In this document: piece by piece, positions 56,726 through 64,000 of the stretch | Numbering within the stretch: the first letter of the stretch is position 1 | Layout of the letters: the number at the start of each line of letters is the position of its first letter | DNA from: Octopus vulgaris | Taxonomy: Eukaryota | Assembly (NCBI GenBank): GCA_951406725.2 | Contig: OX597827.1 | Location: forward strand, 64,232,001 to 64,296,000 | Reading direction: 5' to 3' | Length of the DNA stretch: 64,000 nucleotides | The notes under the pieces: model-generated | Databases searched by the model: none | What the model was told of the DNA's origin: nothing | What the model saw: only the letters and a program-made list of their open reading frames with translations | Position numbers and translations under genes: made by a program

Positions 56726-57274
56726 CATACATACATACGAATACACAGAGCTTCAGCCTTAACCTCAGCCTCCCTACCCCACATGTCAATTATTAACCAG
56801 GCACCCCGAGACGAAACCGTGACCCCTAAAGGTGCTAACAAGAACAACAACAAGCTTTTCATATAGTGACACCATTATTAAATATTTACTAAGACCACAC
56901 TTACCGCTCACTGCACTGCGTATCTTTCTTCCTGTCTTCCCCTCTGACTGACTAAGAACTCTTGTTTGTCACTATGTGTGAGTGTGCGCGCGCGTGTGTG
57001 TATGTGTGTATCTGTGTCTCTGTGTGTGTATGTGTAAATGTGAGTGTGTGTGTGTGTGTGCTTGCGCTTCTCTCTACGTAAATTTGTACTACCTCTTGTT
57101 CTCTGTGTGTACGTGAATGCGTGCGATTATTGCCATCTCTTACTCTATGCTAGGCTCTCTCTCACTCGTTCTCTTTCTGTCTTTCTTGATGTCTTTCTTA
57201 CTGTCTTTCTCTCTCTCTCTTTGTTCATCCTAATATTTACTCTCTCTTTCTCTCTCGCGCGCGTGCGTGCGCTA

Positions 57275-57346
<72 letters not shown>

Positions 57347-57993
57347 TACCTCCCTCTGTCAGTCTGCCTTTCCTCCTCTTCGTCTATCCCTGTCTCTTTC
57401 TGTCTATCACACTCTGGCACTCTCACTCACTCACTCTCTAAATCACTCTCTCCCCGCTTTCTGCCATTCCTTCACTCTCTCTCTCTCTCTGCATGTGTAT
57501 TTCTCTCTTTCTCTGCTGTCTCTTTCTCTTTCACTCCCTCTTGTTTCTTAGTGTTTTTTTTTCTCCCCTATCTAGTTTCCTCCCCGCCCTTTCTCTCAAT
57601 AACTACAACCCAACTTCACAACGTAGTCGCTCCACATGCTAGAAACAGCAGTCAACACTGAAGCCCGAGGTAGTCCTTATGTGTTATACACACACACAGA
57701 CACACACACAAACATATACATACATACATACATACATACATACATACATACATACATACATACATACACACGCATATATATATATATATATACATACATA
57801 CATATACATTCATATGTATTAGGATAAGAAAGTCATCTTTCCCTCTGTATCACTTTCACTTTCACTTTCTCTCTCTCTCTCTCTCTTATTCTATATCATA
57901 TATGTATCATCTACACCCTCTCTCTTCTTGCTATTTATCTTTCTCTTTCACTCTTTACTACCATATATGTATCCATCTTCATCTTCTCTCTTA

Positions 57994-58043
<50 letters not shown>

Positions 58044-58106
58044 CTCATTATCTCTTCCCACCACCCTCTGTTCTTATTCTATAGTACCACATATGTATCT
58101 ATCTAC

Positions 58107-58177
<71 letters not shown>

Positions 58178-58649
58178 ATCTCCGTATCTCTTTCTCTCCC
58201 ACCGACATCACCTCTCCATCCTCATCTCTCACTTCAGTATCCACAAATAAGCTTTACAAGCAGCACAGTTGACTGTCTACGGAGAGACTACGGAAGGCAG
58301 CGGCGGCGGGAGGAGGAGGAGAATGAACAGAAGGCAGTATTCACTATATAATGATGATGTTGTTGGTGATGATGATGATGATGGTGATGATCGTGGTGGA
58401 GGCGGAGTTGATGGGGGGGGGATAAGTGATAGTGGTGAAGGTGGTGGTCATTGTAGTATTAGCAGTTTATCGTTTAAGCTGTTTAGTGCCCCTTCAGCCC
58501 CTAATCGAACAAACCCTTTCTTACCGTGACCATCTCCTTTTAAACGTATATTCAAAGGACTACATTATCTTATGTGCCCAAGTTTTGTTTCATTATTATC
58601 TTAATAAGAAAATCGAGCGTGTAATTTTGGGGTGTCTTGATTGCTAATG

Positions 58650-59419
58650 CTTTGAAAAAGACCTATGATAATCAACAAAAATCCATTGGTGACCTTCCCG
58701 TCTTGTTTTTGGACATATTGCATCCACGACTGTATTATTTCAACATCTCAACATTTCCTTCCTTGTCAAGGCGGTAAAATGTGAAATCTAGAAAGAGATT
58801 TGGCTGCTGTTTCTAACGGATAGTCCGACCATATACAATGCCCTCATCAACTCTATTTAGCTATTTAGTTGCTGTTTCTAACAGATCGAGCAACAAAAGA
58901 TACTTCCTCAATATCTCGATTTATTGGAAGATTTAGCTGCTATTTCTAGCAGATTCAGAGAACCACAAATCATGACCCTCTTGTTGGCACAATTTGAAGA
59001 CAAATTTGGCCTCTATTTCGTTTAACCCCAGATAATCGCCGATCCAGCTGGCCAATAATCAAAGGCGTTCTGGCCGTGACCATGCAGATTTTTTTTTTAT
59101 GACAACATTAGTCAATGTGTCTGGCTTTGTCTTAAGATAGCAAGGTGTAATTTGAGGGAGATTCGGCTGCTATTTCTAACAGATTATATGACCCCCGTAG
59201 TCTTGTTTAAATGTTATTGTTGTTTATATAGAGGTAGTGATGTTGTTTAACTCCAGGTCTATCCTGATTGAGTAGGACTATGATAAAAGGCGTTCCAACG
59301 GTGGCTATCTCGTCGTTTTGTTCAAGCTTCTAAGATATCTTTGAAGGAATTTGGTAACTATTTCCAGCAGATCAAAAGACCGCGAAGATGCTCGGTGACG
59401 CGATCGTATATTGTTGATG

Positions 59420-59480
<61 letters not shown>

Positions 59481-59628
59481 CAGCAGCAGTAGCAGTACAG
59501 TTGTAGTAGTGGTGGTGGCAGTCGTCGTCGTCATCATTGTCAGCGTATATTAACCAATAACGTTGGTTGATTTGAGATTCAGCTGCTATTTCTAGCATGA
59601 TGAGCACGTAATTGTTGTAATGTTTACT

Positions 59629-59676
<48 letters not shown>

Positions 59677-59960
59677 AAAGTAGTAGTAGTAGTCGTGTTC
59701 GTCATGGTGGTAGTAGTGATGGTGGTAGTGTTGGTGGTGGCGGCGACAAATGATATGGTTTAGTGTCCTCCCACCCCACAAAAAAACCCACAAAACATAG
59801 ATTCCAGACCAAACCCTATAATCAAAGACATTCCTGCCCGTGACCATTCCGTCTTTTCGGGGTGGGGGGGAGTATACAAGAAAAACTACATTAACCAATA
59901 GCTATGTGGTGTAATTTGAGGGAGATTCGACTACTCTTACTAGCATGTCGAGCACGTACT
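58650..59960 (+). repeat. Cluster of decayed copies of a dispersed repeat (core gatttggctgctatttctagcag)
   Basis: At least 8 same-strand variants at ~58797, 58865, 58930, 59004, 59160, 59349, 59576 and 59922. Confidence 0.75.
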
Positions 59961-59999
59961 TTGATTGTAATTATGATTATGGTGGTAACGACTATGGCC

Positions 60000-61860
60000 T
60001 AGTTTAGTGTTGTAGTGGTGAAGTTACTGTTGTGGTGAATGTTGTAGTAGAGACAGGATTGTAGTGGTGCTACTGTTGTGGTAATATTATTGTTGTGATA
60101 GAAGTGATAGTGTTGTAGTGGTGATGTTAGTGCTATGGTTAATGTTGTAGTAGCGATAGTGTTGTATTGGTGGTGGTACTGTAATGGTGATGAAATTGTT
60201 GTGGCTAATGTTGTAGCAGTGTTAATGTTGTAGCGGTGATAGTATTACAGTGGTGATTAAATTGGCTAATGTAGCGGTGATAATGCGGTAGCGGTGACAG
60301 TATTGTAGTGGTGATGAAATTGATGTGGTTAATGTTGTAGCAATGATAATGCTGTAGCGGCGATAGCATTGTAGTGGTGATTAAATTGTTGCGGCTAAAG
60401 TAGCGGTGATAATATGGTAGCGGTGATAGTATAGTAGTGGTGATGAAATTGTCGTGGCTAATGCTGTAGCGGTGATAGTATTGTAGTGGTGATTAAATTG
60501 TTGTGGTTAAAGTAGCGGTGATAATGTGGTAGTGGTGATAGTATAGTAGTGGTGATGAAATTGTCGTGGCTAATGCTGTAGCGGTGATAGCATTGTAGTG
60601 GTGGTTAAATTGTTGTGGCTAAAGTAGCGGTGATAGTATAGTAGTGGTGATGAAATTGTCGTGGCTAATGTTGTAGCAGTGATAGTATTGTAGTGGTGAT
60701 GAAATTGTTGTGGCTAAAGTAGCGGTGATAATGTGGTAGTGGTGATAGTATAGTAGTGGTGATGAAATTGTCGTGGCTAATGTTGTAGCAGTGATAGTAT
60801 TGTAGTGGTGATGAAATTGTTGTGGTTAAAGTAGCGGTGATAATGTGGTAGTGGTGATAGTATAGTAGTGGTGATGAAATTGTCGTGGCTAATGCTGTAG
60901 CGGTGATAGCATTGTAGTGGTGATTAAATTGTTGTGGCTAAAGTAGCGGTGATAGTATAGTAGTGGTGATGAAATTGTCGTGGCTAATGTTGTAGCAGTG
61001 ATAGTATTGTAGTGGTGATTAAATTGTTGTGGCTAAAGTAGCGGTGATAATGTGGTAGTGGTGATAGTATAGTAGTGGTGATGAAATTGTCGTGGCTAAT
61101 GTTGTAGCAGTGATAGCATTGTAGTGGTGATGAAATTGTTGTGGCTAAAGTAGCGGTGATAATGTTGTAGCGGTGATAGTATAGTAGTGGTGATGAAATT
61201 GTCGTGGCTAATGTTGTAGCAGTGATAGTATTGTAGTGGTGATTAAATTGTTGTGGCTAAAGTAGCGGTGATAATGTGGTAGTGGTGATAGTATAGTAGT
61301 GGTGATGAAATTGTCGTGGCTAATGCTGTAGCGGTGATAGCATTGTAGTGGTGATTAAATTGTTGTTGCTAAAGTAGCGGTGATAATGTGGTAGTGGTGA
61401 TAGTATAGTAGTGGTGATGAAATTGTCGTGGCTAATGCAGCAGTGATAGTACTGTAGTGGTGATTAAATTATTGCGACCAAAGTAGCGGTGATAGTATTG
61501 TACTGGTGATGAAATTGCCGTAGCTAATGTTGAAGCGGTGATAGTGTTGTCGCGGTTATAGTATTATAGTGGTAATTAAAACTGTTGTGGCTAATGATAT
61601 AGCAGTGATAGTGTTGTAGCGGTGATAGTATTGTAGTGGTAATGAAACTGTTGTGGCTAGTGTTGTAGCGGTGACAGTGCTGTAGTAGTGATGATAGTGT
61701 AATTTCAGTGATAGAGTTGTAGCGGCGCTGTTATTGTCGTGGCTAATGTTGTAGCGGTGATAGTGTTGTTAGTGGTGATGTTATTGTTGAAGTAGCGTTG
61801 ATAGTGTAATTATGGCGATAATGCTGAAAACGTAATAGCGCTGGTGCAGTTAGAGCGGTA
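60000..61860. repeat. Hierarchical satellite (17-bp monomer, 112/95-bp units), homogeneous core ~60270-61500
   Basis: Unit starts (gtagcggtgata) at 60400, 60512, 60624, 60719, 60831, 60943, 61038, 61150, 61262, 61374 and 61483. Confidence 0.92.
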
Positions 61861-61887
61861 TCGGTGATAGTGTGGTGATGGTAGTGT

Positions 61888-62264
61888 GGGGGCGCAATGG
61901 CCCAGTGGTTAGGGCAGCGGACTCGCGGTCATAGGATCGCGGTTTCGATTCCCAGACCGGGCGTTGTGAGTGTTTATTGAGCGAAAACACCTAAAGCTCC
62001 ACGAGGCTCCGGCAGGGGATGGTGGTGATCCCTGCTGTACTCTTTCACCACAACTTTCTCTCACTCTTACTTCCTGTTTCTGTTGTACCTGTATTTCAAA
62101 GGGCCGGCCTTGTCACTCTCTGTGTCACGCTGAATATCCCCGAGAACTACGTTAAGGGTACACGTGTCTGTGGAGTGCTCAGCCACTTACACGTTAATTT
62201 CACGAGCAGGCTGTTCCGTTGATTCGGATCAACCGGAACCCTCATTGTCGTAACCGACGGAGTG
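61888..62264 (+). mobile_element. SINE family A1, full length
   Basis: Near-identical to 3738-4121. Confidence 0.92.
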
Positions 62265-62299
62265 AAAAATGAGAATGATGGTGATGGTAGTAATAATGT

Positions 62300-63194
62300 C
62301 GGGAGACCTCCTTCGGTCACGACACAGACCATGGGATCGCACCTAGAAAGTTACCCTCCGAAGCACAAGTCCGGGCAAGGTTGTTTATAGAAGACCAACA
62401 GTCGCCCCATGCATACCGGCCTCCCCTCTCCACGCCACCAGTGTTATCCAAGGGAAAGGCAAAGGGGCCGATACAGCTTGGCACCTGTGACGTCGCAACT
62501 CATTTCTACAGCTGATTGAACAGGAGCAACGTGAACATAAAGTGTCTTGCTCAAGAACCCAACACGCAGCCCGGTCCGGGATTCGAACTCACAACCTCAC
62601 GAATCGTGGGATTGCCCCTAGAAAGTTACCCCCTCCCCTAAGCACAAGTCCGGGCAAGGTTGTTTATAGAAGACCAACAGTCGCCCCATGCATACCGGCC
62701 TCCCCTCTTCCACGCCACCAGTGTTATCCAAGGGAAAGGCAAAGGGGCCGCCGATACAGCTTGGCACCCGTGACGTCGCAACTCATTTCTACAGCTGAGG
62801 GAACATAAAGTGTCTTGCTCAAGAACCCAACACGCAGCCCGGTCCGGGATTCGAACTCACAACCTCACGAATCGTGGGATTGCACCTAGAAAGTTACCCC
62901 CCCACCAAGCACAAGTCCGGGCAAGGTTGTTTATGGAAGACCAACAGTCGCCCATGCATACCGGCCTCCCCTCTTCCACGCTACCAGTGTTATCAAAGGG
63001 AAAGGCAAAGGGGCCGCCGATACAGCTTGGCACCCGTGACGTCGCAACTCATTTCTACAGCTGATTGAACAGGAGCAACGTGAACATAAAAGTGTCTTGC
63101 TCAAGAACCCAACACACAGCCCGGTCCGGGATTCGAACTCACAACTTCACGGTCGTAAGTTCGACGCTCTAACCTCTGAGCCATGCGCCTTCCA
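62300..63194 (-). mobile_element. Head-to-tail trimer of SINE family E
   Basis: Periods of 275 and 268 bp. Only the first minus-strand unit has the A-box head and only the last has the terminal tail. Confidence 0.92.
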
Positions 63195-63195
63195 C

Positions 63196-63399
63196 AGTAA
63201 TAATGTAGTAACAGATAATGTAATAGTAGTAGTGGTGGTGGTGGTGGTGGTGGTGGTAGTTGTAGTAGTAGTAGCAGCAGTAGTAGTGGTGGTAGTAGTA
63301 GTTGTTGTTGTTGTAGTAGTAGCAGTAGTAGTGATAGTAGTAGTGGTGGTGGTAGTAGTAGTAACAGTAGTAGTGGTAGTAGTAGTGGTCGTGGTCGTG

Positions 63400-63432
<33 letters not shown>

Positions 63433-63492
63433 ATAGTAGTAGTGGTGGTGGTAGTAGTAACAGTAGTAGTAGTAGTGGTCGTGCTAGTAGTT

Positions 63493-63541
<49 letters not shown>

Positions 63542-63545
63542 CGTG
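63196..63545. repeat. (GTA)n/(GTG)n tract
   Basis: Direct inspection. Confidence 0.95.
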
Positions 63546-63701
63546 ATAATGTATTAGTGCTGATAATGCTGTTGTGCTGATAGGATGACAGTATGATATT
63601 GGTGGTAGGGTAGTAGAAAAATTTAGTTTAAGAAGGTCATGGCTGATATTTCTAGCATGTCAAACAACCACAGTGATGTTCCCTCATAGGTTTATTACTA
63701 C

Positions 63702-63747
<46 letters not shown>

Positions 63748-64000
63748 CCCCCAGGTCGATATTGATCCAACAGAACAATGGTCAAAAACATTCCAGCTGT
63801 GACCATCCTGTCATTTCTGCTTCAGCACCCAACCCTCAACCACATTGTCCATTTTTAAGACGGTAAGATGGAAATTTTGAAGGAGATATTGACTGCTATG
63901 TCTAGCAGATCGCCCGACCACGTAGAAGTTGCCTTAAACTCGTTAATCATTTCTACTGGAAGCACTAGGCCTCAAATTTGTGGGGACGGGACTAGTCGAT

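Noticed and set aside
58650-59960. Repeat-spacer (CRISPR-like) array
   Set aside because: The repeats are too degenerate, spacing is irregular, and the spacers share further homology.
59990-61860. Telomere-like or coding repeat
   Set aside because: There are no TTAGGG units, no ORF appears in the track, and the 112/95-bp periods are not multiples of 3.

Overview
Repeat-saturated eukaryotic DNA, either intronic or intergenic. The mix of very long (TA)n/(TATG)n/(AAT)n/(GTA)n microsatellites and tRNA-headed SINEs suggests an octopod cephalopod genome (inference, no search run). No intact host protein-coding gene is supported: almost all ORFs in the track are microsatellite or SINE artefacts. 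The only real coding remnants are transposon-derived: two Tc1/mariner fossils, R4/Dong-type REL-endonuclease LINE 3' ends in (AAT)n, one CR1 3' end and one RTE-like 3' end. SINE-like families are labelled A, B, C, D and E here. The most notable non-obvious signals are: (1) about a dozen minimal type-I hammerhead-ribozyme-like motifs in short Penelope-like cassettes, several in inverted (foldback) pairs; (2) a composite element with a tRNA-like Pol III head and a hammerhead-bearing tail; (3) a headless ~560-bp (AAT)n-targeting retroposon, one copy flanked by a 122-bp duplication; (4) head-to-tail SINE concatemers; (5) a hierarchical 17/112/319-bp satellite; (6) a 45-bp minisatellite with an 18-bp palindrome. 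Coordinates were read by eye, so element edges may be off by a few bases.
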